A stretch of DNA of 64,000 nt from an uncultured cyanobacterium (GTDB taxonomy: Bacteria; Cyanobacteriota; Cyanobacteriia; Cyanobacteriales; Nostocaceae), in NCBI GenBank assembly GCA_963740315.1, contig CAVUDP010000002.1:2496001-2560000 (forward strand), read 5' to 3'. The notes under the pieces are model-generated. The model had not been told where the DNA came from, searched no databases, and was given only the letters and a program-made list of their open reading frames with translations. A program made the position numbers and the translations under genes. Numbering within the stretch: position 1 is the first letter of the stretch; every line of letters starts with the position of its first letter. This document shows, piece after piece, positions 31,469-41,870 of the stretch.

Positions 31469-32305
31469 TTGATGGATGAGTGGATTATCGTACCGGCGAG
31501 TTTAATCGTTTTCGCCTTGGGTGCATCTATTGGCAGCTTTATTAATGTTGTAGTTTATCGGCTACCTGCGGGTTTGTCGATTCTTTATCCTCCTTCCCGG
31601 TGTCCCCAATGCTTGAACCGGCTAAAAGCTTACGATAACGTTCCGGTGTTGGGTTGGCTGTGGTTGAAGGGGCGATGTCGTTACTGCAAAAATAAAATAT
31701 CTCCTCGTTACCCGATTGTCGAAGCAGCAACGGGGTTAACGTTTGTACTGGTTTTCCTAATATTCAAATTTTCATCGCTGACGATAGGTTATTGGTTGTT
31801 TTGCAGTTGGTTGTTAGCACTATCCATAATTGATATAGACACAATGACACTACCCGGAGAACTAACAAAATCGGGTTTAGTGCTGGGTATTTTGTTTCAA
31901 ATGATATTAGGATTCACCTCAGAATCTTGGTTGGGATTGGTAAATCAAACGATGTTAGCGATCGCATCAGCTGTATTAGGATTATGGTTGTTTGATGCAA
32001 TTGCGCGTATTGGTACGATCGTTTTTCGTAAAGATGCAATGGGCGCAGGAGATGCAAAACTAGCAGCAATGATGGGAGCTTGGCTGGGTTGGAAGTTTTT
32101 ACTTTTAGCCAGCTTTATTGCTTGTATTGCAGGAGTTGCCGTAGAAAGTATCGTCATTTTGGTACAAAAAAACTTAAAAAGAAATCAACCTTTTCCTTTT
32201 GGTCCATATTTAGCATTAGGCTCGGCGATCGCGCTCTTTTGCGGCGAAGCTATTTTATCGAGTTATTTGCGATTCTTTTTTGAAACTAGTAGTGCGTTTC
32301 ATTAA
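31469..32305 (+). CDS. pilD: Prepilin peptidase / N-methyltransferase (A24)
   Basis: GSFINVVVYRLP, CPQC...CRYC, IDIDTM, MGAGDAKL and PFGPYL motifs. Confidence 0.93.
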   Translation: MMDEWIIVPASLIVFALGASIGSFINVVVYRLPAGLSILYPPSRCPQCLNRLKAYDNVPVLGWLWLKGRCRYCKNKISPRYPIVEAATGLTFVLVFLIFKFSSLTIGYWLFCSWLLALSIIDIDTMTLPGELTKSGLVLGILFQMILGFTSESWLGLVNQTMLAIASAVLGLWLFDAIARIGTIVFRKDAMGAGDAKLAAMMGAWLGWKFLLLASFIACIAGVAVESIVILVQKNLKRNQPFPFGPYLALGSAIALFCGEAILSSYLRFFFETSSAFH

Positions 32306-32408
32306 TTCTGATAGGTTTGTAGTAAGGGCTTTAGCACCAAATCCGGAGAGTTAAAACTCTTACTACGAACCTTTTTACCCTTCAAAACTTTTGAAATGGA
32401 CTACTAGT
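32285..32408. mobile_element. MITE-like shell carrying a REP-like dimer and overlapping the 3' end of pilD
   Basis: ACTAGTAGTGCGTTTCA ... TGAAATGGACTACTAGT (15/17 match) around GGTTTGTAGTAAGGG...CTTACTACGAACC. Confidence 0.55.
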
Positions 32409-32440
32409 ATTGCACCACATTAAATATGAGGAGTAATAAA

Positions 32441-32501
32441 GGTTCGTAGTAAGCGCTGTACTTGCTCCGGATTTAGGGAACCGATGCCCTTACTACGAAC
32501 C
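32441..32501. repeat. REP-like inverted dimer
   Basis: GGTTCGTAGTAAG ... CTTACTACGAACC. Confidence 0.7.
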
Positions 32502-32894
32502 TGTCAAAATCAATGAAATGCAAGTTGATAAGGGAGAGAGGGGGAGACAAGGGGACAAGGGGAGAAGGAAAATAGGAACTTTGTTAATTAGCAACGTGTC
32601 TTTTGGACGTATTATCAAGTTACGTGAAGTATTGCATTGTCCGTTATGGACTGCATTGCTGATGAAGGAGTTTTATAAATATATAATCTAAGACTTGAAT
32701 TAGTTTACATATTTTCGTTAAGCTGACAAGCGAAATGCTTTAATATTGTCTCCATTGCTTACAAAAATTAAGGAATAAATATAAATGTCTTTTGTAATTT
32801 GTTATAAATATTTACAATTTACAAAAAAGACAAAAGATAAAATTCCCGTATTCTTGACTAAATTTGACATACAATCCACTTGCATAAGATACAA

Positions 32895-33854
32895 ATGGCA
32901 AACAACGACGAAACACGCGGTTTTAAATCTTTATTTGATTGGTTTGCGAATCGACGTAAAACAGGTTCTATTAGTATTGAACGACAAGAACGTGAAATCG
33001 CTGATGGACTATGGCACAAATGCACTAAATGTGGTGTATTGACTTATGCCAAAGACTTGAAAGCGAATCTGATGGTTTGCATAGAATGCGGACATCACAA
33101 TCGAGTAAATAGCGATGAACGTATCCGTCAGCTTATTGATGGTAATACGTGGACGGCAATGGACGAACATTTGCTTCCCACAGATCCTTTACAGTTTCGC
33201 GATCGCAAATCCTACAGTGACAGATTGCGGGATATGCAGGAAAAAACTGGTTTAACAGATGCTGTTAGAACGGGTTTGGGAGAAATCAATGGTTTACCCG
33301 TTGCTTTGGGCGTAATGGACTTTCGCTTCATTGGCGCTAGCATGGGTTCTGTTGTCGGGGAAAAGCTGACGCGGTTGATCGAACAAGCTACACAGCGCCG
33401 CTATCCTGTTGTAATTATCTGTACTTCCGGTGGAGCAAGAATGCAGGAAGGATTGCTCTCGTTAATGCAGATGGCGAAAGTATCGGCAGCCTTAGAACTT
33501 CATCGCCAACAAAAACTTTTATATATTCCCGTTTTAACTAATCCTACAACTGGTGGGGTAACTGCAAGTTTTGCCATGTTGGGCGATATCATTTTGGCAG
33601 AGCCAAAAGCAACTATTGGTTTTGCAGGTAGACGAGTGATCGAACAAACCCTGCGAGAAAAATTACCAGAAGATTTTCAAAGTGCGGAAGATTTACTCAA
33701 ACACGGTTTTGTAGATGAAATCATACCCCGTACTCAATTAAAGAAAACTTTGACACAGCTAATTACTTTACATCAACCACCCGCAATGACAGCTAATAAT
33801 TTACTTGTGTGGGAGACAACAAGATTTAGCCACAGCGTAGTCAATGAACAATGA
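32895..33854 (+). CDS. accD: Acetyl-CoA carboxylase carboxyltransferase beta subunit
   Basis: GLWHKCTKC...CIEC zinc finger; [20 protein letters not shown] and [12 protein letters not shown] motifs. Confidence 0.96.
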   Translation: MANNDETRGFKSLFDWFANRRKTGSISIERQEREIADGLWHKCTKCGVLTYAKDLKANLMVCIECGHHNRVNSDERIRQLIDGNTWTAMDEHLLPTDPLQFRDRKSYSDRLRDMQEKTGLTDAVRTGLGEINGLPVALGVMDFRFIGASMGSVVGEKLTRLIEQATQRRYPVVIICTSGGARMQEGLLSLMQMAKVSAALELHRQQKLLYIPVLTNPTTGGVTASFAMLGDIILAEPKATIGFAGRRVIEQTLREKLPEDFQSAEDLLKHGFVDEIIPRTQLKKTLTQLITLHQPPAMTANNLLVWETTRFSHSVVNEQ

Positions 33855-33927
33855 ACAATTATCAGTGATTTAAAAACAATGGAGACGTAAAATTTTACGT
33901 CTCTACATTTGTGTTGATTGATAATTG

Positions 33928-35412
33928 TTAACTGATAACTGTTGATTTACGAAAACCCTGAAACATCTTGGTTAAAAATTGTCTTCGCGCTTCTTGTACG
34001 AACAAAAGTGGAACTAAAGCTATTAATCGGAAGCCTACAGACATCATAAATAAACCCGGTAAGCCTCCTAAAAAATTATTTTGCGCTAAAAAACCGCCGA
34101 TTGTTGTTCCAATGGCACCGCTACCACCAGCCACAGCAGCAGCAGTTGCAAAATAAACTGACTGCATTCTTACTGGTGCGATACCTATTTGGATGTTGTT
34201 GCTACATAATTCGATTGCTGCGTTTGTACCTCCAATCAGCATATGCAGTAAAGGCAACCACAACCAAATACTCAGGGAGTTTACGCCGATTCCCACCCAC
34301 AAAAGTGGAACTATTGAAACCAAAATTCCTACCAAAAATAAGATGGTACGATTGCCTGCTTTGTCTGCTAATTTACCCCATAAAATCAGCGTTAACATCC
34401 CAGCACCGGCTTGAAAGCTGCCGTAAACAGTCACCCAACTGACATCTAAGTTTAAGGTGTCGAGCATATAAAGATTAAAAAAAGGCGTACTCAGGTTGAA
34501 GGCAAACATCCACAATCCAAAGTAAGCCAAAAATATTAAAAAGTTGGAGTCTTTCCAAACGCTTGGAGACTGACTAAAAGTTTGATTTATTTGATTTATT
34601 TGATTTGTTTGATTTGAAATCTCTAAAACTTTGTTTGTACTAAAATTTTTTACTTCCACACAGTTTTGAGACTGAGGATTAATATCTGCTTTGAAAAACT
34701 GACAGGCAAGACTTGCTGCACCAGCAACCAACCCTAGCAGCAAAACCAGTCCGTAACCTTGTACGTGTCCGCCGGGATAAAAACTTACAGTCAAACCAGC
34801 TAAGGGTACGCAAAGCAGTTGGGTAAAACTAGAAACGCTATTTCTGACACCGAAATACCTTCCCCGCAACTGTCGAGGAACCAGTATTGCCATCCAACTC
34901 AACCAAGATGCACTTCCTAAAGCTCTTAATATGTGACTGGCTAAAATAATCAGCAGCGTCAAAACAACAAGCCGATGATTGTTCAAATTTCCCCAACCCC
35001 AACTCGCTGCACTAATGGCGATCGCTAAAATTAACCATAGAAATCTAGCAGCACCCTGAGTCCAAAGAGAATACCTGTGGCGGCTTTCGGTTCGTTCGGA
35101 AAGATAAGCACCTAAAGGCTGTAACAGATTTACCATCATGGGAATAGAAGAAAGCATCCCAATCTGTACCGGAGTTGCACCTAATTCAATTAGAAAATTA
35201 CTCAGCAGAATTCCAGTAGTAGTAATATCAAATACTGACGCAAACACCCCATCAGCAGTAGAAGCTTTCAAACTCTTACGAATGGCATCTTTAGAAATTC
35301 TCTTCGGTTGGGATTCAAGATTATCTTCGTTTTGAAATACTGACGGTAAAACAGTACTTCTCGTATTTTCCGGAACTTCAACAAATTCTGCCTTCACCTG
35401 AACAGATTGCAT
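33928..35412 (-). CDS. Major facilitator superfamily transporter
   Basis: About 12 TM segments in two halves; VPRQLRGRYFG and WGKLADKAGNR loop motifs. Confidence 0.88.
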   Translation of the reverse strand: MQSVQVKAEFVEVPENTRSTVLPSVFQNEDNLESQPKRISKDAIRKSLKASTADGVFASVFDITTTGILLSNFLIELGATPVQIGMLSSIPMMVNLLQPLGAYLSERTESRHRYSLWTQGAARFLWLILAIAISAASWGWGNLNNHRLVVLTLLIILASHILRALGSASWLSWMAILVPRQLRGRYFGVRNSVSSFTQLLCVPLAGLTVSFYPGGHVQGYGLVLLLGLVAGAASLACQFFKADINPQSQNCVEVKNFSTNKVLEISNQTNQINQINQTFSQSPSVWKDSNFLIFLAYFGLWMFAFNLSTPFFNLYMLDTLNLDVSWVTVYGSFQAGAGMLTLILWGKLADKAGNRTILFLVGILVSIVPLLWVGIGVNSLSIWLWLPLLHMLIGGTNAAIELCSNNIQIGIAPVRMQSVYFATAAAVAGGSGAIGTTIGGFLAQNNFLGGLPGLFMMSVGFRLIALVPLLFVQEARRQFLTKMFQGFRKSTVIS

Positions 35413-35753
35413 TAGCCACCCTTGAGGATAGTTGTTTTTAAATGAGTTGTGTTTTAGCTGTTATTTGAATGTTTTTGTCAGTAATGACAGCCTTCTGCTA
35501 ATTTTACATTACATATATTAATAAAGATATATATAAATACAAATTAAAATAGCGTTGTTAATGATTTGTTAAATAATATAAAGCTGTTCATCAACAAAAA
35601 TCCTCACAAAGTAATGGTTTTAGTTGATATGTTTTCTCTCCAAAGTTATAAATCTTAAATAAATCTCAAGTATGTTTACAAAGAATTGTAAAGCTGGTAT
35701 CTTAAGCGGCTTGTCGAATGTGCGAGGATCGCATAAGAATCAAATTAGCTTTG

Positions 35754-37030
35754 ATGATGAAAAGAAAACTATTCAACTTTTTAGGAATTTTAGTAGCATT
35801 CGTGTTGTTAATAGTTGGTTTAGATAACCTATTCTTATCAGGTGCTTCTAAGCCATCAGATATAGTTACCGTAAAATTCAGCGGTTGGGCTGCTAGTGCG
35901 GTTGAACAAAAGTTATTAAAACAGTTATTGTCAGATTTTGAAGTAGAACATCCAGGTATAAAAGTCAAATATGAGGTGATAAACGACCAATATATGGATG
36001 TAATTAAGACTCGTTTAATTGGGGAAGCCGCACCAGATGTATTTTATTTAGATGCTTTGGAAGCTCCTTTTTTAATGAGTCAAAATGTTCTCGAACCTTT
36101 AAATAGCTATATAAAACCTGAATTTGATTTAGGTGATTTTGAAGAAAGCTTATTAAATAGCTTTAAATACGAAAACCAGATTTACGGACTACCGAAAGAT
36201 TACTCAACTCTGGCTCTATTTTATAATAAACAAGCCTTTAATAAAAAAGATTTAACCGATCCGCCAGCAACTTGGAAAGAATTACGTACATACTCGCAAA
36301 AATTAACAGAAGATAGTAATAAAGATGGCAAGATAGATAAATATGGTTTTGGGGAAATTTTAGAATTAGCCAGACAGGCTTATAAAATAAAGGCTTTTGA
36401 CGGGCAAATTGTTAACCAAGATGGTTATGCAGCTTTTGCTTCCCCTGAAGCTTTGAAAGGATTGCAATTAGCAGTAAATCAATATCAAAAAGAACGAACT
36501 TCCGCGCAAAAAACAGATGTAGGGACAAATTCTGGTAGCGAAATGTTTGCTCAAGGTAAAGTGGCAATGGTAATTGAAGGTAACTGGGCAATTCCTTATT
36601 TAAAAGAGACTTTTCCCAACTTAGAATTTGGTACGGCAGAAGTGCCAACGATAAATAATAAGAAAGGCACAATGGTATTTACGGTTGCTTACGTAATGAA
36701 TAAAAAAGCAAAACACAAAGCCGAAGCTTGGGAATTAATTTCTTACCTAACAGGCAAACAAGGTATGGAAAAATGGACTCAAAGTGGTTTGGCTTTACCA
36801 AGTAGAAAATCGGTAGCCCAGATGAGCGATCGCACGCTATGGCGCAATCGGCATTTGTAGCGGGGGTTGATTACGCTACACCTTGGCAAATTGGTAAATA
36901 CCCCGCAGCGATCGTAAATAACTTTGAAAATCAATTTACCAGCGCCATTTTAGGACAGCAACCGTTAAAACAAGCGATGAAAAAGGCGCAGATAGAAGCG
37001 AATAAGCAAATTAAAATGATGGAATATTAA
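35754..37030 (+). pseudogene. Carbohydrate ABC transporter substrate-binding protein, frameshifted near 36820-36850
   Basis: APDVFYLD, YGLPKD and FAQGKVAM motifs. The C-terminal SAFVAGVDYATPW...QQPLKQAMKKAQ lies in another frame (ORF 36839-37030). Confidence 0.75.
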
Positions 37031-37238
37031 TCTTCTAATGGTTGCTTAAATGATACTAATTAGATATACATTACAAGTAGCATTTTTTCAAACCCTATAT
37101 AGTTAGATATTCAATGTTCTAAAATTTACACTATTAATTGTAGAAAACCTTCCTTAAGAATGAATGAAATTGGCTCATAAAGCGAATATATTGGCTTATA
37201 CCAATTAAAAATTATGTTTCTCAGATAGAAGTTCAAAT

Positions 37239-37817
37239 ATGAAAAGTAGATTTAGTCTGCATATGTCCGATGCAGCTAAAAAGTTTTGTCTTGTTTTATT
37301 TATTATGTTATCTGGTGCGGGATGCAGCATACAGCAAACTCAAGGAGTAAGTTTAGATAAAGCAGATATTAAAACTGTTGGCTGGATAGAGAATGGCAAG
37401 ATTCTCGGCATCGATAAAGATATCAAATTAAAGCTTGATACGGGAGCTAAAACAACTTCAATTAATGCCGAAATTTTAGAAAAGCCAGATGAAAAATCGG
37501 AATCCGGCGGCACAATTAAGTTTAGATATACGAACAAAGAAGGAATCAATAAAGTTTTTGAACGCCCTGTAGAAAGATGGGTTCGGATTAAAGATGGTGA
37601 AGGCGGCTATTTCCGCCGCCCAGTAGTAAGAATGAAATTTTGTGTTGCAGGTAGGTGGATTGAAGAAGAAGCCAACCTTAGCGATCGCGATGGTTTCAAC
37701 TATTCAGTTTTAGTTGGACGCAATATGTTAGAAAAAGGCAAATTAGCTGTAAACTCTGCTGAAAGTTTTACCGCGAAGCCAAATTGTCAAGCAGAGGAGA
37801 AACAAAGTGAATCGTAA
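37239..37817 (+). CDS. Exported retropepsin-like protease of the RimK-associated family (annotated 'ATP-dependent zinc protease')
   Basis: Lipobox-like GAGC; VGWIE, KLDTGAKTTSI, RRPVV and LSDR...VLVGRN motifs. Confidence 0.85.
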   Translation: MKSRFSLHMSDAAKKFCLVLFIMLSGAGCSIQQTQGVSLDKADIKTVGWIENGKILGIDKDIKLKLDTGAKTTSINAEILEKPDEKSESGGTIKFRYTNKEGINKVFERPVERWVRIKDGEGGYFRRPVVRMKFCVAGRWIEEEANLSDRDGFNYSVLVGRNMLEKGKLAVNSAESFTAKPNCQAEEKQSES

Positions 37818-39435
37818 TTTTCATGCTATATTATTAGCCTTATTTTTAGCAGCTATTAGTTTAGCGATTTTTGTTAATAAGTTGACTACTACAGATATTC
37901 CGCTATTACCAAATCAAGCTTCTAAAAATTGGTATGTCGAAACTAAATTATCGGTAAATTCTGAAGGAAGAATATTAGATTCAGAAAATGCATTACCAAG
38001 GGAAATAGAATTACAGCTTCCCCAATCTTCTCCCGGTTACAAGATTATCAGTGAAGAATTTATTAATGATGGATATACTCGTCAGGTAGAGACGGTAAAA
38101 TCATCAAATCGCGTAGCTACATTTACTAATCAAAATGCAAAAGGAAGCGAAGTAATATTTTATCGAGCAATTATTGATAAAACTGATTTAGCGAAAAGCG
38201 ATTCAAATGGTAACGGAGTTTCGCTTTCTGGAGAAAAGATTGTTGAAAAGCAGCTTAGCAACTTTGGTACAGACAATGCCCAAATCAAAGATAATTTAAA
38301 AGAAAATTTTCCAACTGCGGAAATTGAATCTATTTTAAAAGAAGCAAGACAGCGATCGGGTGACAATACTTTAGATTTCGCCAAACAAGTTTATCAATTA
38401 GCACTCAATCCCGATGAAATTCGAGTTCGCGCTATTACTAGAACTTTAGGGATTAAAAACTCAACTTCAGAATTAGCTGCATTTTTGTTAAAACAAGCCA
38501 AAATTCCAGCGCGGGTTGCTAACGGTATTTTGTTCAACAATCAAGAAGTGTATTCAACAGATTTTATTCAATGGTTAGAGGTAGAAACCGATAAAGGTTG
38601 GCTGGCTTACGACACTATCGATCGCAATTTTGGAAGGCAAGACAGATATCTAACTTGGTGGTACGGTAGCGATAGTGCTTTGAGTGCTAAAGGTTCGGGA
38701 GATGTTAATTTAGAAGTAGTGGTTAGACCAAATACCGACAAAGGAATCAATCAAGCACTTTGGGAAAAACAAAAAGCTGCAAATCCATTGCTCGAATATT
38801 CTTTATTAAATTTACCTTTAGCAACACAGCGAGTATTTAGGGTATTAGTGTTAGTTCCGATTGGTGCATTAATTATTTCCGTTTTACATCAAATGGTAGG
38901 ATTGCAAACTTTTGGAACATTTACACCAATATTAATTGCCCTTGCATTTAGAGAAACTGGACTTATAGTTGGCATACCGCTATTTATTTTAGTTGTAATT
39001 ATTGGGCTGGCAATTCGTGCCTATTTAGATAAATTACAACTGTTAATTGTACCAAGACTCGCCGCAATTTTGACCGCAACAGTTTTAACAATTGGGGTAT
39101 TAGCAATAATCTTACAAAGGTTCGGTATAAATTTAGGATTATCGATTTCCTTATTCCCGATTGTCATCCTCGCAATGCTAATCGAACGAGCCGCTTTAAG
39201 TTGGGAAGAATCAGGAGCAAAAGAAACAATAATTGCCGGATTAGGTACCGTTTTTGTGGCAGTTATCGGTTACTTATGCGTAATTAATCCCTACGTCCAA
39301 CATTTAGCATTTACCTTCCCAGAACTATTGTTGTTGGTATTAGGAATCAATATTTTAGTAGGGCGTTATAACGGCTACAAGCTGACAGAATATTTCCGAT
39401 TTAAATCAATGGAAAGACAGTTGAGTCAATCTTAG
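37807..39435 (+). CDS. Inactive transglutaminase fused to a 7-TM domain
   Basis: LLKQAKIPARVANGI and WLEV...W..YD transglutaminase-like core; GLQTFGTFTPILIALAF, LFPIVILAMLIER and GRYNGYKLTEYFRF membrane domain. Confidence 0.85.
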   Translation: MNRNFHAILLALFLAAISLAIFVNKLTTTDIPLLPNQASKNWYVETKLSVNSEGRILDSENALPREIELQLPQSSPGYKIISEEFINDGYTRQVETVKSSNRVATFTNQNAKGSEVIFYRAIIDKTDLAKSDSNGNGVSLSGEKIVEKQLSNFGTDNAQIKDNLKENFPTAEIESILKEARQRSGDNTLDFAKQVYQLALNPDEIRVRAITRTLGIKNSTSELAAFLLKQAKIPARVANGILFNNQEVYSTDFIQWLEVETDKGWLAYDTIDRNFGRQDRYLTWWYGSDSALSAKGSGDVNLEVVVRPNTDKGINQALWEKQKAANPLLEYSLLNLPLATQRVFRVLVLVPIGALIISVLHQMVGLQTFGTFTPILIALAFRETGLIVGIPLFILVVIIGLAIRAYLDKLQLLIVPRLAAILTATVLTIGVLAIILQRFGINLGLSISLFPIVILAMLIERAALSWEESGAKETIIAGLGTVFVAVIGYLCVINPYVQHLAFTFPELLLLVLGINILVGRYNGYKLTEYFRFKSMERQLSQS

Positions 39436-39439
39436 AACA

Positions 39440-39702
39440 GGGAGATGGGGAGATGGGGAGATGAGGGAGATGGGGAGATGGGGAGATGGGGAGATGGGGA
39501 GATGGGGAGATGGGGAGATGGGGAGATGGGGAGATGAGGGAGATGGGGAGATGGGGAGATGGGGAGATGGGGAGATGGGGAGATGGGGAGATGGGGAGAT
39601 GGGGAGATGGGGAGATGGGGAGATGGGGAGATGGGGAGATGGGGGAGATGGGGAGATGGGGAGATGGGGAGATGGGGAGATGAGGGAGATGGGGAGATGG
39701 GG
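39440..39702. repeat. Octamer tandem repeat (GGGGAGAT)n, about 30 units with variants
   Basis: Read directly. Confidence 0.95.
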
Positions 39703-39707
39703 TTCGA

Positions 39708-39849
39708 TAGCGCGCGAGACGCTCGCACTACAAAGATGCGGAGAAATGTTAATTTACAACTTCTAACTCATAACTCCGGTGGTCCTAAGCTGATGTGCAG
39801 CTAAATTATATAACGTGAAAATATTGTAGTGCGAGCGTCTCGCTCGCTA
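39708..39849. repeat. Inverted pair of 26-bp GTAG-type REP-like elements
   Basis: TAGCGCGCGAGACGCTCGCACTACAA (39708-39733) and TTGTAGTGCGAGCGTCTCGCTCGCTA (39824-39849), 25/26 complementary. Confidence 0.7.
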
Positions 39850-39878
39850 GTTTTATACAAATTAAATCCGTAACAGCT

Positions 39879-39962
39879 TAACTCCTAACTCATAACTCCT
39901 AACTCCTAACTCCTAATTCCTAACTCATAACTCATAACTCATAACTCATAACTCCTAACTCA
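39879..39962. repeat. STRR heptamer array (TAACTCC/TAACTCA)n
   Basis: Read directly. Confidence 0.85.
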
Positions 39963-39984
39963 ATAAGTTAATTCAAAATCTAAA

Positions 39985-40032
39985 ACTTGTGCTGAGCAGT
40001 TCGACGTAGCTCACTGTAAGACTTGCCGAAGT
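39985..40032. mobile_element. Two nested 24-bp short dispersed repeats inserted in an (AAAATCT)n tract
   Basis: Removing 39985-40032 restores AAAATCT-AAAATCT-AAAATCT-AAAAT. Confidence 0.6.
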
Positions 40033-40054
40033 ATCTAAAATCTAAAATATAAGA

Positions 40055-40996
40055 ATGTTTCCATTTTCATTAATGCGTGAAGGGGTTCTCGGAATCAACG
40101 CCCGCAATGTAGATTATCTTTTTCCTAGCAATCCGCGTAAACTTTATAAGTTGGCTGACAATAAGTTAGAAACAAAGAGAATTGCAAAAGAACTTGGCGT
40201 ACCGATTCCAGAAACCTACGGTGTGATTTCGTTTCAAAATGAAGTCGGAAAGCTCTCAGAGATTATCGATGGACATGATTCTTTTATAGTTAAACCCGCT
40301 AAAGGTAGTGGTGGAGACGGAATTGAAGCGATTGTTGAAGTTACCGACGAGGGTTTTAAAAAGCCTAGCGGTAAGGTTCTTTCCGAATCAGATTTGCAAT
40401 ATCACATTCATAAAATTCTGGGTGGAATGTTCTCCCTGGGAGGATTAAGCGATAAAACAATTATTGAATATGCGGTGCAGTTCGATCCGGTTTTTGATGA
40501 AATTGCCTATCAAGGTGTCCCCGACGTGCGGGTAATTGTTTATCGAGGTGTTCCCGTAATGGGAATGTTGCGTTTACCAACTAAGGCTTCTGATGGTAAA
40601 GCAAATTTACATAGAGGCGGTTTAGGCTTAGGTATCGACCTAAGTACCGGGAAAACACTGACAGCAATTCAAAATAATCGTTACATCGAAAAACATCCCG
40701 ATACTGATGCAACATTGCGCGATCGCCAAATTCCTCATTGGGATACTATCTTGGATATGGCGGCAAAATTATGCGAAAAAACCGAGTTTGGCTATCTCGG
40801 TATTGACGTAGTTTTAGATGAAGAAAAAGGTCCGTTGTTACTAGAAATCAATGCTCGCCCCGGACTTTCAATTCAAATTGCCAATCAAGAAGGGCTGATT
40901 CCGCGATTGGAAATAATTGACTCAAGTGTAAAGAAACTTTCGGGTATTGAAGAGAAGATTGCTTTTGCAAAAGATAAATTTGCGGTAAATAACTAG
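40055..40996 (+). CDS. Alpha-L-glutamate ligase-like ATP-grasp protein (RimK-related)
   Basis: GVLGINARN, FIVKPAKGSGG, GVPDVRVIV, DGKANLHRGG, GYLGIDVVLD and LLEINARPGLSIQIAN motifs. Confidence 0.9.
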   Translation: MFPFSLMREGVLGINARNVDYLFPSNPRKLYKLADNKLETKRIAKELGVPIPETYGVISFQNEVGKLSEIIDGHDSFIVKPAKGSGGDGIEAIVEVTDEGFKKPSGKVLSESDLQYHIHKILGGMFSLGGLSDKTIIEYAVQFDPVFDEIAYQGVPDVRVIVYRGVPVMGMLRLPTKASDGKANLHRGGLGLGIDLSTGKTLTAIQNNRYIEKHPDTDATLRDRQIPHWDTILDMAAKLCEKTEFGYLGIDVVLDEEKGPLLLEINARPGLSIQIANQEGLIPRLEIIDSSVKKLSGIEEKIAFAKDKFAVNN

Positions 40997-41093
40997 ATAA
41001 AATTATTTCAACCAGCAGACTACGAATTTATACGGACGATATATAAATTCTTTAAATGGGTAAGATAGCATATAGTATTATCTCTGGTTTCCG

Positions 41094-41654
41094 ATGTTAT
41101 CCGATATTGATTTGATTCGAGAGTTTGTTAAGCTTTCTATTCAGAAAAAGGAAGTTTTATTATCAAACTCAACATTACAGGGTGAAACAGTTTATAAAAT
41201 CAATCAACTGACAGCAAAAAAAGAAGGGGTAATTGCCACTACTAAACTAGAACGTACATTAAATCCATTTTTAATTAAATACGATTCTACTTACTGGCAA
41301 TTAATCAGTCAGGTATTAGCTGAATACAACTTTCTTCTGATGGGAGATATAGATAATCGTGGCTTTTATCAATATGAATACTGTCAGATTCCCCAAGGTT
41401 ATCAAATGCATTGTGATAAAGCGGCTATTTTATGGCGAACTTGGTGGAAATATCGTCAGCGTATTCGGGGTAAAGTTATTCAATTAGAACTTCTGATCCG
41501 CATCAGAAATACATGGTATCCCATTAGAGGTTTGTCAGTTAGCGATGGACTTACCTATATCGAAACATTAGGAAGTGAGATTGCACTTGGTTTAGAAGAT
41601 ACGGTGATTTGGTTAAGTAAAGCAAGGGATAATAAGCAAGAGGCTAATTCTTAA
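41094..41654 (+). CDS. Hypothetical protein (186 aa)
   Basis: Intact ORF; LWRTWW...WYPIR aromatic pattern; function not recognised. Confidence 0.65.
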   Translation: MLSDIDLIREFVKLSIQKKEVLLSNSTLQGETVYKINQLTAKKEGVIATTKLERTLNPFLIKYDSTYWQLISQVLAEYNFLLMGDIDNRGFYQYEYCQIPQGYQMHCDKAAILWRTWWKYRQRIRGKVIQLELLIRIRNTWYPIRGLSVSDGLTYIETLGSEIALGLEDTVIWLSKARDNKQEANS

Positions 41655-41870
41655 TAGGGAATATTTTAAAGATAATTTTGGGAATACTAATGTTGGACAA
41701 AGCTATTAAACACAAAACCTATGGGTAGCATAAATATCCAAGCAAAAGAACTTCTCCTTTACAAAGTATTTTTTAGTAAGATTATATTTTAATTTTAAAT
41801 GAAGAAGCCTAGAAAAACAGTTTACAAAATAACCCGCCTTACTGCGGGTTTTGCCTGTGTAGCAGCGACT

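Noticed and set aside
39432..39804. Four overlapping ORFs (GRWGDGEM / SPHLPISP repeats)
   Set aside because: Translations of the GGGGAGAT octamer array
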